Origin: Octopus bimaculoides
Taxonomy: Eukaryota
DNA length: 38,358 bases
Assembly: GCF_001194135.2 (NCBI RefSeq)
Contig: NC_068996.1
Coordinates: forward strand, 9,222,407-9,260,764
Direction of reading: 5' to 3'
How positions within the stretch are numbered: the first letter of the stretch is position 1; each line of letters starts with the position of its first letter. The notes below the pieces were generated by a model. The model was not told the origin of the DNA. It was given only the letters and a program-made list of their open reading frames with translations, and ran no database searches. This document shows positions 11,644 through 22,880 of the stretch, piece by piece. A program made the position numbers and the translations under genes.

Positions 11644-12046
11644 GCCAGCTCTCCCCTTGAGTGTCACACCCGCATACGTTCTCATTTGCTCCATACCTCA
11701 ACCACCATGCTACACCGCCACCCACCGCTAACTTTACCATTCTCAGACTGAAAAGCTCCATACTCATTGTAATGACAAGATTCGTTGTTGTTGTTGTGGT
11801 GATGATAGCGGTGGCGGCAGTAGCAGCAGCAATGCTGGAACTGCCTGTTAAGGTATTTTGAGTTTTCTTTCTTTTTTTTTTTTATTATAAATATTTTAAT
11901 TATTTCAGCAGTTTTATTATTATTATTATTGTTATTATTATTTTTTTTTTTTTTTGCATACTTTCACTGCACAAATGAGTGCACTTCTATGTAACTCGGG
12001 TATGTGCAGTATTCTGGGTTTTATTAATGTTTCTTTCTTCTCTTTC

Positions 12047-12244
12047 TTACTCTTTATTCTTTTACTTGTTTCAATCATGCTGGAGCATCGCCTTTAGTCG
12101 AGCAAATCGACCTAAGGACTTATTGTTTGTAAGCCTAGTACTTATTCTATCGGTCCCTTTTGCCAAACCGCTAAGTGACGGGGATGTAAACACACCAGCA
12201 TCGGTTGTCAAGCAATGCTAGGGTGGACAAACACACACACACAA

Positions 12245-12275
<31 letters not shown>

Positions 12276-12429
12276 CATATATACGATGGGCTTCTTTCAG
12301 TTTCCGTCTACCAAATCCACTCACAAGGCTATAGCAGAAGACACTTGACCAAGATGCCACACAGTGGGAATGAACCCAGAACCATGTGGTTGGTAAGCAA
12401 GCTACTTACCACACAGCCACTCCTGTGCC
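12047..12429 (-). mobile_element. SINE family A
   Basis: Same head, body and tail as 2777-3184 with small deletions. Confidence 0.95.
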
Positions 12430-12826
12430 TTAGTGAACGAAATCATGAAATCAGCCGTGTTGTCTTATTTATCATTCTTTCAGTGCTCATATTGCACTGT
12501 AGTTCCAATATCTATCGTTAGGTGTCGTTGTCACTGGTGATTCCCACGATTGTTTTGAATTCAGATTTGTTTATGTCTGTTTATTGGCTACTTTCTCATT
12601 CTCATTCATTTGTGACTTTATTTTTTGCCCCCATGGCTCCTAAGAAAATTCATAGTGAAAGTGCTAACCGTGATGCTATAATGCTGGAAGAACAGGACTG
12701 GGAATGGTTATTACCGCTTTAGCCTAGAGACAAGTAAATTCGGCCTAGCCTAGCCTAGAGACAAGTTTATTTGACTTAAGTCGTGTCTCCTGGAACCAAT
12801 TAATGACGTAGGGTGAAGTATGCCTG
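12430..12826 (+). mobile_element. pogo/Tigger-type non-autonomous relic
   Basis: Short MAPKK start at about 12633; right terminus GACTTAAGTCGTGTCTCCTGGAACCAATTAATGACGTAGGGTGAAGTATGCCTG (reverse complement begins CAGGCATAC); left TIR not seen. Confidence 0.55.
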
Positions 12827-13582
12827 TTTACTGATGTATAATATATATATACATAGAGAAAGAGAGAGAGAGAGGCAATTATGTGGATAAACAAATTGGA
12901 CACATCAACTGTATTAGATACATTCATACCCAAAATATAATATACTAATATATTTAATATATTTGATGTGTCTAATTTGTTTATCCACATTCATTTCCTC
13001 TATACCCGTTCAACTTAATCCTTCTTATAGCCTTTCTTTACCTTGTGGTATTGATCCCCCCTGAAAAGACATCGGAGTCGAAGTTTGAGTCTTTTGAGCA
13101 CTACTTAATGTCTTCTATGCAGAGAATATCTGAATTTCATCTGTGGACTATATATATACATATATACTTGGAAAAGGATGCGTGGCATTCAATCATATAA
13201 TAATAAATAAATATATGCATATATCCATACATATATGTACATACCTACATCTATATGTATACATACATGCATATATGGGTACAGGATATCAAAAAAACAT
13301 TAAACACAACGAGAAACGAAAACAGAAAACGAATGTAGATGAAACAGGGACAACTGACGAAGGGTTATACTCTTTATGTTGCATGTCTCGTTTCTCAGTT
13401 TGTTTTTCTCATTGTTCGAAAAAAGTTAGTTTTCTATGTTTTCGTTTTCATGCTAATGTTTCTCATTGTGTATAACGTTTTTTGTGATGTCCTGTACCCA
13501 TATATGCATGTATATATACATATAGATGTATCTATGTACATATATGTATGGATATATGCATATATTTATATATTATTTATAT

Positions 13583-13629
<47 letters not shown>

Positions 13630-14688
13630 GCAGTACATATATTAAAATTGGAATGATGGATATATATATATATATATATAGTTTGGTTTAGATTGGGTAA
13701 GCAGAAATATGCAATTGACCATTCACAGACTCTCCATTTTCTACAGTTTCTTTTACCATTCTTTTACCATTCTGCTAGTTTCTCATAGGGAAAGCTGTGG
13801 TCTTCCATTACACTCAAAGACTCTACCATCTCAGCTAGTGACAAGTTTTGTTTTTGTTTCTTTTTCTTTTTTTTTCTTTTTTTATTATCTACTTCACCTT
13901 TACCCAGTTTTGTCAGGTATTAACTTTTATTTATTTATTTATTTGCCAACAACTTAGCAATAAATTTTAAAATTTGCTTCTTTTATTTCATTTCGATTTC
14001 AGTTTGTTTTTGTTTTGTTTTTCTTTGTATCTATAGATTCTGCTGTTGTCTATTTTTTTTTTTTTCCATTCTCTTCACAACTGTCTGTTACTTCAGGCAC
14101 TGCTTTATATTTGTTGGCTTCCTCAAAGACAGAAAAGTGTGTTTTATTCATTTTTATTTATCTTTTTTTTTAGTTATTTACTTTTCCCTTATTCTTCACC
14201 AGATATTATTAATGATTATCGTTAAATATTAAAAGAGCAAGCAAAACCAGATTAAATTCCATTCTTTAGGTTTTGAGTTCAAAGCTCTTTAAAGTTAATT
14301 TTGTCGTTCTTCTCTTTGGTGTGCATGTATGGAGGGGTAGGGTGGGGGCAATTCAAGCACTTTTCTTACTATGCTAAGCCTTAGTATGTAAAATAATCCA
14401 ACACCTTCCTTTGATAAGGAAATGCAGATAGTCATCTCTCTCCTTCTCCCTTTTGTGAAGGCTATAGCCAAAAGAAGTTGTGTGGGTAACATCATTGAAA
14501 GGTTTTAGGATGGGGATTTTCCTCATGGGCCAAACCTTCATCAAAATCCTTAAGTCAAGTAAAGCAAGGAGTTTGTAGAAGGAAGTGCTAGCCTCCATTA
14601 CATACTAGAAAAAGTGGGTGAGTGCAGTTGAATGAATCTATTCTGTGTAACAAAAACTGGTTGATAGCATTTACCTTTTGTGTACCAG

Positions 14689-14767
14689 GGTATTCCTGAA
14701 TTAAACGAAGCATGTCGTGAATTACATGACTGGTATTATAACAACCCTGCCATTTGTTTTTGTTGGG
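14689..14767 (+). CDS. Candidate internal coding exon 2 (GIPELNEACRELHDWYYNNPAICFCW)
   Basis: Acceptor TTTACCTTTTGTGTACCAG; open in phase 0, matching the end of 4821-5372; donor GG|GTAGGA (alternative donor at 14733). Confidence 0.55.
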
Positions 14768-14838
14768 GTAGGAAGCGCTTTGTTTTTTGGTTTTTTTAAC
14801 TCTTGCACTGATCCCAATGTCTTGTTCCTTTTTGATCA

Positions 14839-14845
<7 letters not shown>

Positions 14846-14881
<36 letters not shown>
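14846..14881. repeat. (TAT)n microsatellite
   Basis: Direct reading. Confidence 0.95.
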
Positions 14882-14882
<1 letters not shown>

Positions 14883-15240
14883 TGGCAGAATCAATAGAGC
14901 ATAATGGGTGCCTTGTAGTGTTTGTTCTAGTTCTTTATATTTTGCAAAGAGACACAATGAAATCCATTAAGACATTCGAAGTGATGCTCTAATGATTCTG
15001 CCAGTCCCACTGCCTTAAATTAATGTTTAGAAGATAACTAAATAAAATCAAGACACATTAGATTTTTAACTCAGAGCTGATAGGTTCAACTCTAAATACA
15101 ATAGTTTTTGATTGAATCAACCCCAATATATGTCTGGTATTTAATTTATCAACACAAGGAAAAGAAAAGTTGATGTTGAACTAGGTAGGGTTTAAATTCT
15201 GAACATGACAACACAAATCAAATTTAAAGTTTTTTCCAAG

Positions 15241-15448
15241 AAAGCAGTCATTTGTTTGAGACAATACCTGTATCACAACTCTCTCTGCTCATTGAATCTG
15301 TAACAATTGTTGCTAACAAGCTTGAAATACCAACAGCAGAGTGTCAACTGTTGTATAGTTTTGCTCAGTGTATATCCCTGCTTAAATTAATTGTGCCTTC
15401 TCATGAATTTGTTATGGAAGAAATAGTTTCAGTTTATAAACATTTCAG
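15241..15448 (+). CDS. Candidate internal coding exon 3 (ESSHLFETIPVSQLSLLIESVTIVANKLEIPTAECQLLYSFAQCISLLKLIVPSHEFVMEEIVSVYKHF)
   Basis: Acceptor TTTTTTCCAAG, phase 1 matching exon 2; 69-codon open non-repetitive frame; donor CAG|GTGATA. Confidence 0.5.
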
Positions 15449-16065
15449 GTGATAAATTATCTTCAGGAACAAATTAAATTCATAGACAGAGGTTTCAGTG
15501 TATATAGTATGTCTGACATAATGTCTTAATTTTGTGCCTGTTTTTGTCAAAACTGTTATAGTGTTTTACATATTAGACTGCAGTTTTACATATTGGACTG
15601 CACTCCACTGAAAGATTTCAAGTCAATTAAACTGACACCAGTACTTATTTCAATGTGCGACACTTATCATTATTTATCACACTCTCAAGTTGTGGGACAT
15701 AAACAGGGACTTTATTATTTTTTTTGTTTAGTTTTTTTTTTTTTTCAAGTGGCTTCAACATGAAGATATACAAAAGGACAGACACATACATTCGTGAATG
15801 TATGTACACATACGCACATGCATGCAAGCATGCACACATACACACACAACCATAAGTGGAACTTGTTTGGATTTACATGACCTTGATCTTCCAACCATCT
15901 GTGTCGCCCATGTCATGTGATGGTTACTCTCAATGGCATCCAGTGTCAGTTGTTTGCTTACGAATGTACATCTTTGAAAGTGGTCGTAATAACATTAGCT
16001 GCATTGCAAAGAAAACAACAAAAAAAAACCGGATGTCACCAACCAGTTCCTCTTTACTTCTCCAG

Positions 16066-16105
16066 CAGTCTCAAGCAAAATGAATCTTTCTCTGATGGTG
16101 TCTGA
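16066..16105 (+). CDS. Candidate terminal coding exon (SSLKQNESFSDGV*)
   Basis: Strong acceptor TCCTCTTTACTTCTCCAG(CAG); phase 2 matching exon 3; TGA at 16103-16105; very short so weakly supported. Confidence 0.3.
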
Positions 16106-16239
16106 TATTTTTGGAAATGTGTGTGTGTGTGTGTGTGCATGTATATATGTGTGTTTGTGTGTGCGCTTGTATGTGTATATATGTGTGCACGTATGTGTAT
16201 ATATGTATGTATATATATGCATGTATGTGTATATATATG

Positions 16240-16282
<43 letters not shown>

Positions 16283-16521
16283 NNNNNNNNNNATATATAT
16301 ATATATATATATGCATGTATGTATATATGTGTAGGGGTGTGTATATATGTGTGTGTTTGTGTGTGTGCATGGATGTGTGTGTATGCACGTGTGTATATAT
16401 GTGTGTGTGTGTGTGAGTGTGTGCATGTATGTATATAAGTATGAACATGTATGTGTATATATGTGTGCATGCATGTGTATATATGTATGTATATATGCAT
16501 GTATGTGTATATATATGTATG

Positions 16522-16971
16522 CTTTTACTTTTACTTGTTTCAGTCATTTGACTGTGGCCATGCTGGAGCACCGCCTTTAGTCAGCAAATCGCCCCCAGGA
16601 CTTATTCTTTGGAAGCCTAGTACTTATTCTATCGGTCTCTTTTGCCGAACCATTAAGTTATGGCGATGTTAACACACCAGAATCGGTTGTCAAGTGATGT
16701 TGGGGGGACAAACACAGACACACAAACACACACACACACAGACATATATATATACATATACATATATACGANNNNNNNNNNAAACACACACACACACAGA
16801 CATATATATATACATATACATATATACGACAGGCTTCTTTCAGTTTCCGTCTACCAAATCCACTCACAAGGCTTAGTAGAAGACGCTTGCCCAAGGTGCC
16901 ATGTAGTGGGACTGAGCCCGGAACCATGTGGTTTGTAAGCAAGCTACTTACCACACAGCCACTCCTATGCC
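16522..16971 (-). mobile_element. SINE family A
   Basis: Full head-to-tail match; small N gap in the internal microsatellite. Confidence 0.93.
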
Positions 16972-17340
16972 TATATATGTATATATATGTATATATATGC
17001 ATGTGTGTGTGTGTGTGTATGCATGTATGTATATGTGTGTAGGTGTGTGTGTATATATACACATGCAGTGGGACTGAGCCCAGAACCATGTGGTTCGTAA
17101 GCAAGCTACTTACAACACAGCCACTCCTACGCCTATATATGTATATATATGTATATATATGCATGTGTGTGTGTATATGTGCGCACGTGTGTGTGTATGC
17201 ATGTATGTATATGTGTAGGTGTGTGTATATATACACACGCAGTAGGACTGAGCCCGGAACCATGTGGTTCGTAAGCAAGCTACTTACCACACAGCCACTC
17301 CTACGCCTATATATGTATATATATGCATGTGTGTGTGTGT
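16901..17340 (-). repeat. Tandem array of three units (about 162-174 bp), each a SINE A tRNA-like head plus TA/TG microsatellite
   Basis: Heads at 16901-16971, 17063-17133 and 17237-17307. Confidence 0.9.
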
Positions 17341-17379
17341 GTGTGCATGTATGTGTGTGTGTCTGTGTCTATGTATATA

Positions 17380-17620
17380 TGATGGTAGGCTCTTGTAGTC
17401 CAAGAAAGATGGCTCTGCAATTTCTTGCTGCACAAAATGAATTGCTTATAGTGGATCAAATGTATGTGCTGCACATTAGCTCACTTTCTTCATCAAATTG
17501 ACATTACCTGAACAGGTGCACAGTATGCCATGCATCACAAGTTTAAGTAATCACTAAGCAATGTGAAATGAAGTATTTTGCTCAAGAACACAATGTACTG
17601 GCCAGTCTAGCAATCAAAAC
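17380..17620 (-). mobile_element. SINE family E fragment
   Basis: Homologous to 29500-29664 and 29855-29930 (ATTAGCTCACT...CATCAAATTGA...CCTG.ACAGGTGCACA). Confidence 0.7.
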
Positions 17621-17640
17621 ACAGGTGTGTGTGTGTGTTT

Positions 17641-17683
<43 letters not shown>

Positions 17684-17689
17684 AAATTT

Positions 17690-18110
17690 ACAGAAAAACA
17701 AAAGACGAAGACAGGTGTATAAACAACAAACAGGTGTATTAGTTTAACGCTCAGGAAGATGAGAAAGTCTTTTACGTTTCGAGCCTGTGCTCTTCAGTAG
17801 AAAGAAACAAGAGAAAATATAGAGAGAGAGAATAAAAAAGGCTTTAGAGGGTTGTGGTCAATCATGGCAGCTGGCTGGATAGAGACAGGAGAGCTAGGAA
17901 GAAGGGGAGATAATAAAGTATTGGTGATCCCAAAACGAAGGTGCACGTGTGTGTGTATGTGAGAGTGTGTAAGTGTGTGCATGTGGATAGGGGCTGGTGA
18001 CCTTGATGTGTGGATGTGTGCGTCTGGAATTTGTAGGTGTGTGGATGATGGTGTGGGTGCTGGGAAGTGGTCAGTGCTAGTGTGTGTGTGGTGTGGTGGT
18101 GTTACACATG
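17690..18110 (-). mobile_element. Penelope-like 3'/terminal-repeat relic with hammerhead-like motif
   Basis: Minus strand reads CTTTCTACTGAAGAGCACAGGCTCGAAACGTAAAAGACTTTCTC; homologous to 3340-3480. Confidence 0.55.
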
Positions 18111-18600
18111 CACACATGTATATACAGCGACCTTCCACACATTTTCTGTCTGTTCATTTTATACATAAAGCATTAGCTGGCAAGCTTGAGTTAATAGTAG
18201 AAGACACAGGTTCAAAATGCCATGCAGTAGGACCAAGCCTGAGACCAGATGTTGTTGAGTGAACTTCTTAACTACATACCCATGCCCAGATCACTATAAA
18301 TGCCTGCAACAACTGAGTCAAATGCTTCTCTCTTTACAAAAATTAGTTTTGTTTCTAAGGAGAAAAAAATCATCAATAAACATGTTATTGATAGGAAGAT
18401 AGCTGAATTAATAGAGCATACATGCAAGTTCAAATTCCACCAGGACACCCAGCTCCCACAAAATTTGGTATAGAGTCTCCCAACCATAAGGTTCCGAGTT
18501 CAGTTCCACTGTATGGCACCTTCTATTTATAGTCTTGAGCTGATCAAAGCCTTGCAAGTGGATTTGTTAGACAGAAACCGAAAGAAGCCTGTCAAATATA

Positions 18601-19032
18601 TGTCATCATCATCACTTAATGTCTGCCATTCATGCTGGCATGGGTAGGACAGTTTGACAGGAGCTGGCTAGGCAGAAGCTTGCACCAGACTTCTGCAACT
18701 GTTTTGTTGCTAGGATTTTTATAACTGGATGCCCTTCCTAACACCAACCACTAAGCAGAGTGGACTTAGCACTTTTTACATGGCACAAGCACAGACAAGG
18801 TCAGTTTTGGCAAGGTTTTTACAGCTGGATACCCTTCCAAATGCCAACCACTTTACAGTGTGGACTGAGTGCTCTTTTATGTGGCATCAGCACTGACAGG
18901 GTCACCAAGTACTTGCAAAACATTAAAAAAATTGTAGGAAGTGACCTTGTGTCAGATGATGAAAGGTTAGAGTGTGACAGAGAGACAGAAACAGGTGTCT
19001 TGCTGTAGAGGAGGTACAAGGTTACCTGGCCG

Positions 19033-19072
<40 letters not shown>

Positions 19073-19750
19073 AGGTATGAAGATAGAAACAGGCACACTG
19101 CCACAAAGGAAACATGGTTACCCAACCTGAAGGAAGTGCAGAAGGAGAGTGGGAGTGGGAGACAGCAAGATAGAGATGGTTGCAAAGTGCCAGGCATACT
19201 CACAAGGGACAGGAATCAGAATATAAATGAAATGGCTGAGTAAAGGAAGAGAGAGATATGGATGGGGGCAAGTGTCAGGGCATACCCTTGAGGTTCGAAC
19301 GCCATAATATAAGTGGCAGGATATTGCGAAGAAGTGTGATTAGAGAGTGCAGAGGTGGGGTTGGTGAAAACCTGGGTGTATATAGAGTCGGTGGGGGTGG
19401 CTACCAGACAGCAATGAAACAGAGGAAGAGGGCCATGAGAACAGGGTTGGAGAGTAAAAGGTAGGTGTAGTGTATGAAGGAGGAAAGGTGAGGAAGAGAA
19501 GAGATGTAGATTGGTTTGTTGGGGTAAGGTGTGTGGAAAGTTTTCTTGTTATGTGTGGGTGGAACACAGAGGTTGGGGGCTAGCGGAGAGCAATGATACA
19601 GTGGCACAGGGCCAAGGGGATACAATTGGAGAGTGAGAGGTAAGCACGGTGTATGAAGTGGAAATGTGAGGAACTGAAGAGATGTAAAGATGTAATTTGG
19701 TTTGTTGAGGTAGAGTGTGTGAGAAGTTTTCTTGTTAAGTGTGGGTGGGA
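18601..19750 (-). mobile_element. Degenerate family C retroposon relics with extended GA-rich body
   Basis: Two CTGGAT(G/A)CCCTTCC blocks; GAGAGACAGAAACAGGTGTCTTGC segment shared with 34220-34280. Confidence 0.6.
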
Positions 19751-20040
19751 CATCATCATCGTTTAACGTCCGCTTTCCATGCTAGCATGGGTTGGACGAT
19801 TTGACTGAGGACTGGTGAAACCGGATGGCAACACCAGGCTCCAATCTAATTTGGCAGAGTTTCTACAGCTGGATGCCCTTCCTAACGCCAACCACTCAGA
19901 GAGTGTAGTGGGTGCTTTTACGTGTCACCCGCACGAAAACGGCCACGCTCGAAATGGTGTCTTTTATGTGCCACCCGCACGAGCCAGTCCAGGGGCACTG
20001 GCAACGATCTTACTTGGCTTGCCGGGTCTTCTCACGCACA
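19751..20040 (-). mobile_element. Well-preserved family C retroposon (V-domain-like GGAAGGGCATCCAGC, (GAT)n tail)
   Basis: Minus strand GTGGTTGGCGTTAGGAAGGGCATCCAGCTGTAGAAAC...GGACGTTAAACGATGATGATG; 3' tail duplicated at 20044-20084. Confidence 0.85.
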
Positions 20041-20900
20041 ATACATCATCATCATCATTTAACGTCCGCTTTCCATGCTAGCATACACACTTTTTTCGAT
20101 CATTAGACTGTGACCATGCTGGAGTATCACCTTGATATATATGTGTGTGTGTGCCTGTCCCTATCACCACTTAACATCTGGTGTTGGTGTGTTTATGTCC
20201 CTATGACTTAGCCATAAGTACAGGGGTTGATTCACTTGACTGAAGATTCTTCAAAGTGGTACTCGAGCATGGCTGCAGTCTATTGATTGAAGCAAATAAA
20301 ATAATAATCATTATTTTCAGTTGGAGTGGAAACTGTTCCTTAAGTTGGCAGCAGGTTATGCATTGGTGACCCCGGGTGTGGAGTGGAGTGGGGGTTTTGG
20401 TTTGGCACAGCTTATTTGTACCTGTAGCAGAGTAAGACATGGGAAATAGTAGTGAGGTGACATCTCAGGACATTAGTTAGGCCTGACAGGTGAAATGTGT
20501 CAGATTATAAACCTATCTAACCCATGTAAAATATAGAAAGGAGAAAAAAAAAAGCCCCATGAAAATGATGTTGGTGTTTAGTGGTGACAGCGGAGGCCAT
20601 GATAATGATAACAATCTGGAACTGTGTGTGACAGGAAATGTATGAAGCTGGCACCGAGTGCATAGCAGTGTTTTATAGTTTCATGGACTTACCAGGTTTT
20701 GAGTTCAAATCCTGCTGAGGTCAACTTCTGGCTTTTTATCCTCCTTCTGTCGGGGTCAGCTGATAAAATAACTATCTATGACATGCTGCAGGCAAAAGGG
20801 GTTTCAAAGGTCAGTTTACTATCCCAAGTTGCCTTTATACCCAAGCCAAAAGAACCCTCTTATTGTTTTATGCTAATCATAACTGTCATTAATATTTATA

Positions 20901-21040
<140 letters not shown>

Positions 21041-21148
21041 AGAGCAAGATTTGTGTGTCTGATAATGAATGTGTATCTTTCTCTCCCCCTCTCTCCCCAT
21101 GTATATGTATGCATGTGTGTGTATGTATGTAATGTGTATGTGTTTATA

Positions 21149-22430
21149 TTGGGTCATCCCATAAATAATGCAATTTCTTTCAATTGCATAAACCAAAAAT
21201 CAGAGTGGGATGAAATAAACTACTTGCATCAACTTGCTATAAAAGCAGGTAGTAATTATTCCTTGTTCTTATTCTCTTATTCTTAGTACAATTTTTGAAG
21301 AGTGCAGTCCGATTTGAATAGTTATTTTTTCAAAGCTATAATGGAAGTGACAAAGGAGCATATTTGGCATATTTTGCTTTATGAGTTCAATAATGGCAAT
21401 AATGCAATAGAAGGTGCAGGTAATATTAATGCAGTATATATGGGGATCGGACAATAATTGTAAGCCAGTGTCAATGGTGGTTCCAGAAATTCTGAGCCAG
21501 AAACTACAACCTAGAAGATGAGCCTCATTCTGGAAGATCTGTAGAACTCAATGAGCACATCCTGCAAACCCTGGTACAATAAAATCCCATTGAAACTGTT
21601 GAGAAACTAGCAGAGAAGCTTGGATTTGGTAATTCCCCCATTCATCGACACCTGTGTGTTGTCAGAAATGTCAGCAAATTGGGTCAGTGGGTTCTTTCCA
21701 AACTTTCCAAGTCTAATCCTGTGCAGAGAGTGAATGTATGCACTTCTTTGCTGTTACATCTCACAAATGAACCTTTTTTGGGACCAAATAGTGACTGGTG
21801 ATGAGAAATGTGTTCTCTATAAAAATGTCAAGCACCGAAGACAGTGGGNNNNNNNNNNCCCCCCCCGGGCTAAAGAAGGTCTTCACACACGCAAGGTGTT
21901 GTTATCTATTTGATGGGATATGAAAGGCTTAGTCCATTTTGAGCTTTTAAACCCAAACCAAATGATAACGAAAGCGATCTACTGCAAGCAGTTTGAGTGG
22001 CTTAAGTCAGTGCTAGAAGTAAAATGACCATCTTTGGTTTCAAGACGAAAACTTCTTCCATCAGGATAATGTAGGGCCACATATAGTGAGGATGGCATTC
22101 CAAAAGTTGGAGCAGTTTGAATGAGAAACGATGCCCCACCCACCATATTCACCAGGCATTGCCTCATCTGATTATCATTTATTCTGCAGTCTTCAAAATC
22201 ATTTGGATGAAAAAATATGAATTCTGTAGACGAGGTCAGAACAGTACTGGAGGAGTTTTTCAGCATGTACAAGTGAATTTTGGAAGAGGGGCCTTGCAAG
22301 TCTAGCAGATAGCTGGAAGAGTATTGTAGAAAATGAAGGAGAGGATATTTTAGATTAAAAAAGAACTTTATCTTAATTTTGAAAATAAAAGAAGTATAAA
22401 AAAATCCGCATTATTTATGGGATGACCAGA
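21149..22430 (+). mobile_element. Full-length decayed mariner (DD34D) DNA transposon, about 1.28 kb
   Basis: TIRs TTGGGTCATCCCATAAATAATGC / GCATTATTTATGGGATGACCAGA, each flanked by TA. Confidence 0.96.
21341..22358 (+). pseudogene. Mariner transposase pseudogene
   Basis: MEVTKEHIWHILLYEF...IVTGDEK...HQDNVGPH...HPPYSPGIASSDYHLF...; 34 codons between the second and third Asp; several stops and frameshifts. Confidence 0.95.
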
Positions 22431-22880
22431 TATATATATATAGATATTCATGTATGTGTATGCATACATAAACACACAGTATTATTTGATAGAAATAATC
22501 AATTTATTGAAAAAAGACCAGTTAACTATGGTAGTGGGTTTCTATACATTCCGTAGAGTAAAACTTATTCAGTTGACTCAATATCAAGTTTCACTTTTAA
22601 CAGCATATTCGACCAGTTCTTTCAGTCTGACAAATAATCCTTGAATGTCGGTGATTCTCAAGCAGTGTCATTATTAAGCAATCTCCATGGTTGGAGTGAC
22701 ATCAACTCAAACATTCTCTATTAAGTCTTTCAAAATTTCAGCACAAAGTTGCATCATACCCAGAGTATTGGATACTTAGCACAGACAGCAACATTACAGT
22801 ATAAAAACTTTGACAACGCCTTAATAGGCAGACGTAAATTGAAGGACAAGTAAACTCTTCAATTACATTTCATGGCAATT

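Noticed and set aside
13341-13375. CUGACGA-A-GGG hairpin as a hammerhead
   Set aside because: No GAAA and NUH follow stem II, and the upstream GAAAC has no matching stem III
14269-14617. Unique stretch ending in a strong GTGAGT donor as a coding exon, possibly rescued by A-to-I editing of TAG
   Set aside because: Stops occur in all frames; the compatible frame has three TAGs (14465, 14576, 14606), so editing rescue is implausible; it could still be non-coding exon sequence
16735-16830. Direct duplication inside a SINE
   Set aside because: The copies flank a 10-N gap, so this is probably uncollapsed contig overlap
17399-17461. Phase 2-2 exon PRKMALQFLAAQNELLIVDQ with a GTATGT donor
   Set aside because: The sequence is homologous to the SINE family E body at 29520-29610, so it is repeat-derived; exonisation is not excluded but is unsupported
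20650-20661. GGCACCGAGTGC resembling the Cas9 tracrRNA 3' hairpin
   Set aside because: Only a short partial match with no other scaffold elements; expected by chance
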